A stretch of 61,396 nucleotides of DNA, counting the filler, from Platydemus manokwari (Eukaryota): the NCBI GenBank assembly GCA_037951405.1. It is 6 parts of 6 records of this genome, joined end to end, with 100 filler letters (N's around TTAATTAATTAA, not from the genome) between each part and the next. Parts side by side here need not be neighbours in the genome. Positions count along the whole stretch, not along the records: positions 9,420 to 19,542 come from JBBMOY011166324.1; positions 19,643 to 28,577 come from JBBMOY011326872.1; 4 more parts are not named here. One strand, given 5' to 3'. A program made the position numbers and the translations under genes. The notes beneath the pieces are model-generated. The model was not told the DNA's origin, did not search any database, and was given only the letters and a program-made list of their open reading frames with translations. How positions within the stretch are numbered: position 1 is the first letter of the stretch; the number at the start of each line of letters is the position of its first letter. Shown in pieces: positions 12,776 through 25,300 of the stretch.

Positions 12776-12915
12776 AAGTGGTTTATTGATTTATCCATTT
12801 CAATTTTTTATTTTAAATTTCCTGCAGTAATATTATGACAGCAGCTTATCTATGGTTAATATAATAAAGAATAACTTACATTTATTCTTGTGAATTCTCC
12901 ATATTATATATATAT

Positions 12916-12950
12916 ATCCATCGAACCCGCAATATTCGCTAAACAATCCA
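12916..12950. repeat. Exact 35-bp copy of ALKBH1 last-exon sequence (13430-13464)
   Basis: atccatcgaacccgcaatattcgctaaacaatcca is identical at both sites, in the same orientation. Confidence 0.95.
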
Positions 12951-13321
12951 TATCATACCGGTTGTGATATAGCTATGCGAACCGAACGACGACTTTTGCT
13001 TCAAGAATATCAGTCCTTATAATAGGACTTTATAATTTATAAAAGTTAACAGATGTTCAATGGTGAGCTCCAAGTCACGGACATAACTTAGAATTATATT
13101 TTATTATAGAAATATTAAAGATACTTATTACAATATCAAAATTTGAAACTGTAAATTTATACAATAACGGATCATTTCAAGGCACTCAAATAACTGTAAC
13201 CATGGACACGTATTTCAAAAAATCAACAAAATGAAATATTTTTCAGAAAAATATCGTATTTCATTTAAACAACAAAACCAAATGAAAGCCAAAATATAAT
13301 TCATCATTCCAAAAATGATAA

Positions 13322-14502
13322 TTATTCTTTGTTGTCACTCTCTGGGAAAGTTTGTCCAGATTCAAGAACTTGTCTCATATTTATATTGATTCGATTGTTT
13401 TGTAGATATTGCCAAATGATTTGAGCAGCATCCATCGAACCCGCAATATTCGCTAAACAATCCAAAACACCATCAACATCAACACCTAATAATCTTTCAG
13501 CCAGAGTTATTTCGTCAATTTTCACGATTTTCGGCACAGCATGATATGCGAGTCTCGACGGACCAGACATAACGACGACATCCCCATGGTTAAGGTTTAT
13601 CGGGATTGGTGTTGACATTGGATCATCAGTGCCAAGTAAATACACACCAGATTGCCCTAAACTAATAACAACAATGAATTATAATTGTAACTTAAAATCT
13701 GAATAAATTGCAATTAATATATCAAAACATTTTAATGAACCTGATTGAAACCAAAGGAACATCTTTGGCAAATTCAGCATGGTCTTGATGAAAACACATG
13801 GCAGAATTCAAATGATAATAGTTCACAATCGCTGCTTCTGGGAAAAATTCTTTCCAGTTTAATATGTTAATTATATCTTTCATAACCAATGATAAATCAC
13901 GAGGAATATTCGAATGACAATCTTTTTTATAAATTCTATCGGTCCATTGATAATGATAACCCATAGACGTCCACCGAAGCTTATATAGCCATGTTTCTGA
14001 CAATTTTTTATTCTGATTATTTCTGATAAAGTGATTAACAAATTAAGTGAATGTTATACTATTACAATTCATTTATTGTCTCTTTCCATAAATCATTTGG
14101 ACGGTCGTGCTCAATATCCACATTCATTTTATTAGCACTAGTTGGCCATTTCATTAAAGAATCAACAGTAAGCTTCATTAACGTTGTACCACTAAAGGGA
14201 TTTGGAATATAATAAAATCCTGTCAAATAAAACTAGAGGCATTTAAATAAATTTAAAATTTACCGCTATCTTTTCCGATTTCGTAGGCAGTAACTTTGTT
14301 TTTAAAAGCATCTGGGTTGTATAAAATATCTTTATTAATGGCAATCTGATAATAATATTATAACATTTTGAAAAATTAGAACGTGACTTACATCAATTGG
14401 ATTTGAAAAATTATTTAAATCTTTCAATTCCTCAACAGTATATGTTCGGTTTTTATATTTCTTGTAAAAAGGTTTTAGTAATGATTCAGGTTCATAACTC
14501 AT
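13322..14502 (-). CDS. ALKBH1: AlkB homolog 1 (2OG-Fe(II) nucleic-acid dioxygenase), 322 aa. Exons 14502-14392, 14345-14264, 14219-14066, 14022-13741, 13661-13322
   Basis: GT-AG introns of 46, 44, 43 and 79 nt; open joined frame of 969 nt. Motifs: GFYYIPNPF, KLRWTSMGYHYQW, PEAAIVNYY, HQD (HxD), PLVSISLGQ, GDVVVMSG.SRLAYHAVP, RININMRQV. Confidence 0.95.
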
Positions 14503-15659
14503 TTTCAAATAAAAATATTATTCAAACAACAAATATTTGTAAATCTATTTATTGTTGATTACTATTAACACATACAAACTTCAATTGACTAAAATACATT
14601 GTAGTTCAATATCCAACATATTTAACATGCATATAACTTAAAAATTAAGTCTATTAAAAAGGTTGTTCGGTGATATAATTAGATTATTTCTGACTCAACA
14701 CAATCAGGTTGTAAAAATATTTACATTTTTATTTAATTTTTATAAATTGCAACCGACACATTAATGTTTGTATGGTACATTCAGTATAATTAATGTTGAC
14801 TATAAAATTTAATCACATTCGGTAGTAAAAAATGGATATTTTGATGTTAAATTTATTTAGAGATCATTATTTATGGTAATTTTGTCATGTAGAACAACTA
14901 AAGCGATTGTTTACCTCTAATATCTATTAAAAATATTTCAAATGAATTCAATTATTTAAGTCAGCCGGCTTATATGATTTTAGAACGTCATTGATATTAA
15001 ATAAAATCTAATTAATTAAAAATCTAATCAAATTGACTCTCAAAAAACAGACCTATTCTGATTAGAATCAATCCGGAAAACCACCTAATAGACACTAAAT
15101 TAGCTACATAATAAATCAAATATATTTCTGCAATTTTCCTATAATGTTTAACGCAACTTGAGTGGGTGACATAAAGGTTGGTCCAGCATTTTTTCATAAA
15201 AATATATGATAAAACCTGAAATTTTATAAATGCAAAAGTTGCAATTTTAAAAGATATTTCCTTTCCTGAATTAAGGTTATGGTTTATAATAGGTGATACT
15301 ATTTGGTAAAGAAAAAGTGTGATGTATTGATATTTTCATTATGACGGTGATTCCCAGTTGAAATAATCAATATATTGATTTTTGAGTTACGATAGTGTTG
15401 ATTAGCACTTTTGGGAGTCAATAAACCCTTTATTTACAACATCCAATGTTATTCACACAACAGAATAAAAATTGTCTTGATAAATCAAATTTTCTTGTTT
15501 TTATTTTAATTTAAAACTTTTTTAAAATTTAATTAAATTATTTTAAAAGTTTTAAAGCACATGTGTATAATAATTGATTTTGATTTTCTTCAAATAACTA
15601 CATCATAATTATTAACATATTTCTGTTTAATGATATTAAAAAAATTAATTTATCAGAAT

Positions 15660-17000
15660 GATTACTGAGATCCATGCGAATGTTATCTCAGTTATCACAT
15701 CTTTTTGATCACAGAGTAGACTTCTACAAATTTTTTATTCCTCAGTTTCCTACTTGCAACAAAACTCATATGGAAGATACTGCCTTTTTCAACAAATAGT
15801 CATCGGTTGATAAAGGCAGCTGCAAAAATGATCGGTTTGCAAGTTTAGAAACTATGTTGGCTAAACCTCGAAGTAATTGTGATTAACATAGTATTCTTGA
15901 ATTTCTTTTTGAAAACTCATTTTGATATTTGACGATATATACTTGGTGGAAATTTGATTGATGGACTTCTGGTTGAAGCCAAGCTTCTTCAATAATACAT
16001 CCTTTGCTGATGTTCAGACTGTTGAATAACAACGGATAATTAGACTCCTGACTCCAATATAACGTATATTACTCAATATACAACCACAAAGTTTCAACGC
16101 AAATCTGGCTTTCAGCTGACAGTTGTTTATCTTTACATTAATTTTTATACTCGCGATCTGCGTGTGTTTTTTGTGGCATGTTGTATTATATTTTGATTTA
16201 ATGTTTGTTGTTCTGAGTTCTTATTGGGTTTTTAAGTTTTTACGTCAATCTCTATGTGCGTGTTTTGTGTAGTTATGTACTTTTTTCCAATTGTAATTCA
16301 CCATCTAACTTCGATGTGATTGGCTTATTGCCATGCTTGAACGGTCGTGTAGGCATGCAAATACTTAAAGTGCCAAAATAAGGGTTCCATTATGTAATTT
16401 TGTTTTTCTTTTTGCAGAATTTCATCTTACTCAACACTACAATAAAACTGCGCAGTTTGATTCTTCAACTTCGAAGCTTCATTTTATTTGGTTTCTTGTG
16501 GTTGTTTTTTCCAGGTTTCTTTTATACGCATCATTCTTTAATCTTGGTTCGTTCATTAGACAATTGATTTCAACTAAGAACATTGTTGACGACCGTCCGT
16601 TAACGGTTTGGAGATTTACTCTTATTTTATGTGAGCTATCATTTTCTTTCGGTGTAAATTTTGCAACGAATATTTTGGGCTACTTTCGCATTTCTTTTCC
16701 TAGTTTTGTCACTTCTAAGTAGCACAAATGATTTTGAAGAAGCAGATATTTTGAAAATGCGAGTTTGTGACTCTACTTGAAATATTCAATTTATGCAGGA
16801 TAAGACCTGGATGTATTTCTGGTAATTGTGGGAAGTTTATCTATGTAGATCTTACATTGAAAATAGACCGTTTCAAAATATCGCTTTCCTACTATTTGGG
16901 ATGATAGCGGAGGTATTTTGTAAATATCACTTCCGATTTGCTGACAAAAAATTTATATAAGAGCATGAATAACTGCCATGGGAGTTAAGTAATCTTCCTG
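15660..17000 (-). mobile_element. Highly decayed non-LTR retrotransposon relic, possibly RNase H-bearing
   Basis: Scattered motif-like peptides in LINE order on the minus strand: KLPTITRNTSRSYP (~16840-16800, endonuclease-like), LASTRSP (~15980) and ITFAWIS (~15680, RNase H-like). Many stops and frameshifts. Confidence 0.35.
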
Positions 17001-18879
17001 ATTTTTTTGGACTAGCAATGACATCACATATATTTTAAAAGAACCGCAAATACATTTCACTATTCGATATTACAAAGGAATCGGTTATATTAAGTTTCTT
17101 TGCTGCATAGTTGATAGTTTAGCTAATTTTCTCCCATCTGTTGAGTTATTAACAACAATTTGAATCTGAAAATCTGTATTGACTAAAATAATATACTCAA
17201 AGTCTCAAAAATAACACTAACAATTTTTTACGCAATTCATAAAGAAAATCATTTAAGATGGGATCAGGACCCGAAAGTCAAAAACAGAATGAAGAGTAAA
17301 AGAAGTACTGATTTCTAAAATCACATATAAGCTAAACATTGAAATTACCGACCAAAAAAGACTGGCAGAAATCAATGGAATCCAACCTCTTTTATAGATC
17401 CATCGGGTGTGTCTGCTTGATGTCGCAGATATTCGTTTTCAATTTGCTGTATATCTTTGTGGATAAATTTACTTGAGATTTTCCTTATATCTCTCATGTC
17501 ATTGGCGAATATTTAAGCTTGCTGTCATTTGAGAGCATGTGGCTGTCCTTTCTTGGCTTCTAAAAATGGATTAACATTAAAACGAATCTGATTGGTTAAA
17601 GGTGCGTGTGTTTTCGGGTTTGTGTGTATTGACCCTTTTATAGTTTTCCTTTGGTTCTTGGGACCCTTTTGACTGATTTGTGATATACCCAACACATTAC
17701 GTATTGTTCCTTTAGTAGTGCTTTAGATTGAACAATCTCATCTTCTAGAGTCGCTGGTTGGCTTTTCTTGTAAGTGGAATGTTTGAGAGATTTTTTGCAA
17801 TAGTTTTATAATGGTTTATTCTTCGAACTACTACGAAGTCTACAGTTATCGCTATTTGATTTTATGTAATAAAATGGGTTGAAAATCAGAATTTAGAACC
17901 GCTCAGAATAAACTTGAGCACTATCCCACTCTCAATATTTTCATTCAGTTATTATATTTATTTTCTTCTATTGAAAATTCTCTACAATAATTAATTAAAA
18001 TAATTCAAAACAGATTCAATGAATTATATTTACAAATTAGAATAAAATCTAATCGTAATTCTAACAATGAATCAACATACTATTTTCAATCCAAAACTCT
18101 ATACAAACAGAGCGTATTCAAATTCTAATTTCCAAATGCTCCATGAGATAATTTGTCATTATTGATGAAACACTAATTGAATTGAAACATTTACGAAATG
18201 TATTGGCATAAAAATTTTGACAAATTTTGTTTTAATAATTTTAATACTGAATAATTTTAAATATAGAATTAATGTTTAAAGAATTTTGTAATTTCGTCAA
18301 TTCCGTGTGGTATTTCAATTATTAATAAAAAATTTCAAAACAATTTTCTTAATGACTAAAAAATGTTTATTGATGAGTTTGGAAACAATTGAAAAAATGA
18401 CCGCAATAAATCATAATATTATCAACTCTCAATGCAATGTTTTAATATTATCGATTTCTCAAATAAGCCATTTATTCTTCTTCGTTACATTGTTATCCGA
18501 TGGTTACAATAAGAGATAATTATTTATTTTAAATGTTTTGAAATACAATTTGTGAATTGCCAATCAACATATTTAGAAATTAAATTTTTATTTGTCTGTA
18601 ATTTTTTTTCTAGCCTATCATTAACGTTTCTTTCTCAAACAAAATAGATTGATTTGGTGAAATAACTAGCAAAATTTTATTTTTAAAATTAATAAATTTC
18701 GAATTTACCCGACGAACATTTTTATCATTCTGTCACAGAATATATTTATCGAATTTTTAAAAGGGATTTATTTATTTCAAATATAAAGAACAAATTTACT
18801 GAATTAAACATTTTTATAGCGTTTCCAAATAATCTTCTTTGATCAAAGTTTCCCATATGTGCCGCTAAAAAGATCTAGT

Positions 18880-19060
18880 TATTAAAATAAAATTGATCCA
18901 CATGGAACGGTAAATTTTTCTGCCCTTATCGATATAAAAAAATGTCATGAATTTTTATACCCTGGTCTCGAAAATATCATTTATTAATTGATATTTAATT
19001 GGTGGTATCTCCACGTTCATTTTCCGTGTAATTCATTCTATTGTGAGCATCAAATGCAAG
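18880..19060 (-). mobile_element. Decayed LINE reverse transcriptase fragment
   Basis: AFDA (KAFD-like), then RKMNVEIPP..LINDIF, then VPCGSIL (GVPQGSIL-like), in the expected order. Confidence 0.45.
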
Positions 19061-19704
19061 TTATGAAATAAATGAAGTTAAACTCATATGAGCAACAATC
19101 AACAATTGACGAAAATAATTCTAAAAAATATTATCCCCTCAAAACATTTTCAAATACTATTGATAATTCTTCAAAAATTTCCACGAATATTTATTAATCT
19201 AAATAGTTACAATTTTCGAAGAATATGAAATGATTGATTTTATAAAAGTACTAAATTGCTTATCTGATATTTAAAGGTGGTCGATAAAAACAATCAGACA
19301 AAACCACATGAAAAATGCAAGTTTTTACAACGAATTTCAAAAGAAAAAAAATTCTTGAATTAAATAGTTGGATTTGAAAACGATTTTTCAACATGATTGA
19401 AATATTTAATTAGATAAATCATTTGATATTATTAAAAATAAATTCCTTGAAAGTCCTCTAATGGATTTCAGTTAATTGATTTATAATATAAAAATAATAA
19501 TAATAATAATTATCATTATTTATGTTCTGAAAATATGAATTANNNNNNNNNNNNNNNNNNNNNNNNNNNNNNNNNNNNNNNNNNNNTTAATTAATTAANN
19601 NNNNNNNNNNNNNNNNNNNNNNNNNNNNNNNNNNNNNNNNNNGTTTTAAAATTTATTGTTTAAAATAAAATAATTAGAACATTATTTAAATATTTTTATC
19701 TATA

Positions 19705-19862
19705 CCTGATTAAGATTGACAACGGAATCTCTCTAGAAAAGGAATTATAATTTGTGTAAAAAATGTATTAAGTGTTGTAATTAAATAAATATTAACAAAA
19801 TCGTAATAATGACATCTTTTGTTGAAACATCAATTTCAAGTGAAGTAGCTGCTACTAACAAA
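19705..19862 (+). repeat. Dispersed repeat family A, copy 2
   Basis: Colinear similarity to 1759-1922. Confidence 0.8.
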
Positions 19863-20399
19863 CTAGATATTTATAGTTGAGATAATTATATATCTATTTA
19901 ATATAATTGTTTTTATTATTACCATAACTATTATTAAAAATCATTATAAATAATAAAAATAACTGTAACGATAATGATTATTGTGATTGATTTAGTGACA
20001 CAAAACCAAAATTAAATCACAATGGTTATCCTTATCTAATTGGTAAGTGAAGGTGGTTGTGAGTGAACTGGTAATGAAACAGAGTCTATCGATGAGTGAT
20101 TTATTAAAAGTGAATTCGAGATGCAATTCAATAGTAATTAGCAGAATGAAAAACGGAAAAAATCTATCTGTTGCTCACCAGTTGGATATGATGGTTACAA
20201 TGAAATCAATATCCTATTTTTACACAATAATTGTTGCTATTACTATTGTTAGGATTTTAAAATGAATTTATGTACAGATTTATGTTAAAAAAAAATATAT
20301 AAATCTCTTTAATTATTTTGGTTAAATATATTTTTGCTTCTTCACTTTTCGACGCGATTTTAATGTGTGCTTCTTGACGAAGTATTGGACAATATGTTG

Positions 20400-21190
20400 A
20401 CTATGCATTTGAATTCAATTTTAAAAAGATCTGCTAAGGTTTTATTGAGTTTGTTGATAATTTATGAAGAATAAATCCTGTAGTCTTAAAGGAAATTTAA
20501 TATTTTCAAATTTATATCGCGCTCCAAAGATTTTAGGTGCAATGATTTGTAATAGTTCATAAATATATGACTCCCCAAGGAATTTAAGGCACAGTAATCC
20601 TACAATAGAATACTATATATATGCTGATATTCAATAGATAACAGCAAAATATTATAAGTCAAGGTATAAGTATAAGCTATCTAAAATGACCACACAACAT
20701 TTGAAATTGGAAGAGATGATGTGTCTTACTTATAAGAGATTACCCATTGGTATAGCTTTGGGTAAAGATGATCTTGTAAATACGAAATTTGCTTGAATTC
20801 GTTTTCGAAGTTAATTACTGGAAAGAATTGGTTTGAAATAATAAAATTAAATATATCAAATCCAATTTAATCCAATAAGATCTCCTAAATTCAATAGATT
20901 CAGTTCTGGATTTCTTACTTTTACAGGAAATATCTTTGATCTTAATTAAGAGTTGAAATGATAGGTCTTTGCTACTATCTGTGCCTAAAATTTTATTTTT
21001 TATAAATATTTATGGTGGGATGTTGGCTATTATTAGCCATAGTGAACTTCAGATATTCATATATGGTCGATATTACTGTTAAAACTGAAATCCTAGCTAC
21101 TTAATAGATTACTGCAACGAGATGTTAATTCTCGTTGAGGAAATGTTGAGAGTTATTTCGTTAAATGGAAATAGGCTCTAAAATACAGTA
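20400..21190 (-). mobile_element. Decayed LINE reverse transcriptase fragment
   Basis: In RT order on the minus strand: FR(+1)PISI (~21180), AIPMGNLL (~20750), LKFLG (~20580), KTLADLFK (~20435). Confidence 0.45.
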
Positions 21191-21279
21191 ATCTTGATAA
21201 ATAACCAAATAATGGTTTAATAAAATCTATTGAAGAAATGGAATTTTGAACAGTTGACTAGACAACATAAAAATTGTCA

Positions 21280-21990
21280 AAAGCTTACGTCACAGCGAAA
21301 GTATATAACCACGAGGTATCAATTCGAGAGATATCAGAAAATCTCAATATAGAAAATAGCAGCTATTACAATTCAAATTTTTGAATTTATATTTAAACGA
21401 GCCACTGTTTAATATTGCTCTTGCTTTCCGGCCTTATTGATTTTAATAATCTTATTTCTATTTGGTATCACTATTGTCTTAATCAGTCTTAATGAGTTGG
21501 TGATTAAGGCCGTGGGTGTAATGAACCTTATTTTGTCGAATCATCGCCACGCACAGCCATATTACGAGAAACAAATGGATGTGGTAACAGTGAAATATCT
21601 TAACTATCATTTTCAGTTTATTTAACTTATTTAAATTCCTAAAGTAGCTGACACCAATGATAATGAGCAATGACTTATGATCCCTATTTAATCAATAACT
21701 AAGGCTAATTATACAAATCCACAACTAAACAAAATAAAAATTACAATTTAATTTTAATGCTGCATTGTATATCAAACCTTATAACGCATCTTAACAACTT
21801 CTTGGAACAAGTAACGGTTAATAGACTTTACGTTCTTGGATCAAAATCAGATATTTCGGAAATTTGAGACACAGGTCGATAATAAAAAATAGACGATATG
21901 ATGTAGTTTAATATTTTATAAAAATATATCTGACTGTATGGTCTTCCAGTAAAATACTGGGCACATAGGTCACCTGATCTTCGACACTGA
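21280..21990 (+). mobile_element. Decayed Tc1/mariner-superfamily transposase remnant
   Basis: HTH-like SIREISENLNIENSSYY (~21320-21370) followed downstream by YWAHRSPDL (21955-21981), which is WPxxSPDL-like. Confidence 0.4.
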
Positions 21991-22332
21991 ATAGTCATCT
22001 CCCATGCTGTTCTGTGACTGCGTCTTCAATAATGTATCGAAATGGCAGTTGTATTTTTGACTCCTACCTTATATAGGGAGCGTTAAGTCTCTCATAGATA
22101 TTGTTTTTTCACTGGAATTCATTTATAGCAGAAAAATTCTCTCCGATTAAATTTAATCGGCTGAATATTTTATTTACTACCTGTACTTATAGTGCTCAAA
22201 AATCGGTGGCAATTTCTTTGTCATTATTGCGCGATAATATATTCCGTGGGGTTATTTTATGAATAAATCCATTTTAATTGGTTTTTTCAGGTATTACTGT
22301 TGTTGGAAATAAAACCATTAACAATAACCTTG

Positions 22333-22334
<2 letters not shown>

Positions 22335-22380
<46 letters not shown>

Positions 22381-22381
22381 T
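22335..22381. repeat. (AAT)n microsatellite. Other AAT-rich tracts at ~28450-28560 and ~36210-36410
   Basis: About 15 consecutive AAT units, read directly. Confidence 0.95.
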
Positions 22382-25300
22382 AAAATAATAATAGTATAAT
22401 TAATGAACAATTAATAAAGAATTTAAAAATTTTCAAGCATTTTTCAAGAGAATGATTATTAAAACTAAAACTAAAACAATAAACAAAAATAAATTAAAAT
22501 AAATCCCAAAATATAATAAAATACTAAAAATAATCATTAAATTATAAAATCGATAATAATAATACCTTAAAATAACAAGACAATAAAAATAATAATAAAA
22601 AATTAAGAATTCATTATTATATAAACAGCAACTTATTTATTAAGTTCGTCCGAAAAGAAAGATAGGAAAAAAGATTGGTAGACATTATTGGTAGATTTTA
22701 TATCGATAAATATCTTGAGAAATCGATGCAGACATAATCGAGAATATTAAATATTTTCACCAAACACTGGTTTGAGGATTTTGTAAATAAATTTTTCATT
22801 CAGATATTTTAATGAAAATATCAATTCTTTAAATAATTCGATTAAATATACTTTTGTGTTGCGAATTTTCGATTCTTTTTCAATGCGTGATTCACGAAAT
22901 GGAAGCGGCTAATAATTATTATTTCTTTATTTTATTTTTATTCTGATTTTATATTTTATATTCAATTATTAATTGGTATTTTATTAATATTAAAATAAAG
23001 ATTTTTAATTATTATTATCGTTATTATAATAAACAATTTATTATTACGACGTACAATTATTATTTTTATTTATTATTATTATTATCATTATTAAGTAAAT
23101 ATGTGTAATTATAAGTACATTGATAAATAGATTGCATGACCTCAAATCATCCATTAAATTTTATTATCGCCATTACACAAACATTGCTTATGAATAACAT
23201 CGCATCTAGTAAACCAGATAATATCAATATCAGCCACATTCATTTTATAATATTCTCATCCAATACATATATATTAGTAAAGATAATTCATTCATGTCAA
23301 ACTGGAATTGTACTTCATAGCTTATCTCTTTTTATTGATAATTATTTTATCTTTATTTCTCCCAAGTTTAAAACTGGCTTGCACGTAATGGAATTATATT
23401 TAATATTCTCTTCTCGTCTCAAACATTACACATTATATTTATTCAAATGTTTTTAGAAAAGGTTCAATTTTATTTGGATTTTTAGAAATATCTGAGTTCG
23501 AAAAATAATCGATAAGCCTAATTGTTGAATCACGGAATGCAAATGATTAAAGATGTTCATCTTGATGAGGAGTTTATCTGAAAAATTTCATCAATATATT
23601 TAAAACTTCGGCCTGGACAAGTCCCAAATTATGTTCATCTACGTATTACTGATCAGCGTTTTAATCATTGATGCCCTCGCAATGTATAATGCACACACAA
23701 ATACGAGAAAGTTAGAGGTCCCATTTTGGTCACGAGCACTGAACACCATTGGAATTCAAGCCTTGTCAGCAAATAGAAACTGATGGCATAGACATACTTT
23801 TGGAAATGAGGGGATTCAAATTAGAAGAATCTCTTTAAAAACTCATCGAACCTAGCATAAACTTGTATATAGTGCATAAATGATGCAAGGGCATGTGCCA
23901 CAGTATCGAGAAGAATGATATGTTTATATGTAATAAAACACTTAGCTTTTTTAAATATTACATGCAAACAAACCTAAGATAAACAATTTCCTTTATTATA
24001 AATGATGTAATATTGAACTTCATGGGTAAGTTGGTATCGTGTTGAATAATTACTGCTGTATAATTTCATAATAAATCCAGAAATATTAATAATAATAAAT
24101 CATTAATAATAAATCATAATATGAGGCTTTTCCAATCACAATTCAATGTCAAATATCTGTGAGGAGCATCAAGGGGATTTTGCCTGGAACCTGGCTGAAA
24201 TATGTTCGAATATTTCAATTATATATGTCCCATTGTACAAGATGCTAGCATATCAGTGTCATAAATATTGATATCATATATAATTTATGAGTAATTTCAA
24301 AAGATTAAGCTCTATTAATGGAGATATCTTTTGCTAATATGAATTCTTGAATCATTATCAATTTCCTTACTGAAAAAAGTTTTCAGTACACAACCTATTG
24401 GTCTAGTTTTATATGAAAAGCCAGAATTTATTTAATAATATTATTTATAAAATGATAGTAATAATAATTATTATTATTATTATTCTAACTGTAATTATTA
24501 TTAATAATAATTGTTAGCAGCCACTTCGCTTGAGATTGATAATAGTAATTCTAAATATTAAAGGTAATACGAATAATATTGATAAAGAGTATAATAATGG
24601 AAAATAATAATATAAATAATAATTATTTGAAAAAAAATTACTATTATCGGAATTATAATTATAATAATTAAGGACCAAGTCGAAAATTCGTTAAAAATAT
24701 TTGAATATATTAAGTTAAGAGAAAATCATTTTGTTTTAAATTACCATAAACACTTTACATAATTGGAGAAAAAAAAATCATTATGAACTAAAAACCATTT
24801 TCTCATAGACAATCCGCACTAATTTAAACTTTTTCCCTTTTGATTCTATTTCGATATTATTCCTGGAAAAATTCATTTCAAATACATGAAACGAAAATTG
24901 TCTCTCGGGTGTTGACAAAAAATCGATATTTAATTATTTATGTGCAGACAAATTTATTTTGGATGAGCTAATTTTGTTTTTTTTTTCCATTATTTCTGCT
25001 GTGAAACTTTTCCAATTAATATTTGGTAAATGTGGATGTCGGAAAATAGTTTTCCTTTCATCAAAAACAAATGACAACATTGGTCAAAGTAGTTGGCTAT
25101 TATTTTGTATTTTTTGTGGTGAGTTCAGATTTCGTTTTGCCGATTTTCTATAATGTGGGGTTTTCCCGATAGGCAGCGGAAATTTGTACAATTTAACGGC
25201 ATGTATGATAATGTATAATATAAGAAATCTTCCCTGAAGATGTAAAAATATTAGATATTCTTCCACATTTTCATCAATAATATTTCTCTTTGTATTGTCC

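Noticed and set aside
9944-14502. NDUFAF7 and ALKBH1 as a functional mitochondrial gene cluster
   Set aside because: Convergent neighbours in unrelated pathways; adjacency alone is not evidence of co-regulation.
23740-23800. HWNSSL resembling the hAT TRWNS motif
   Set aside because: Isolated short match without supporting motifs or TIRs.
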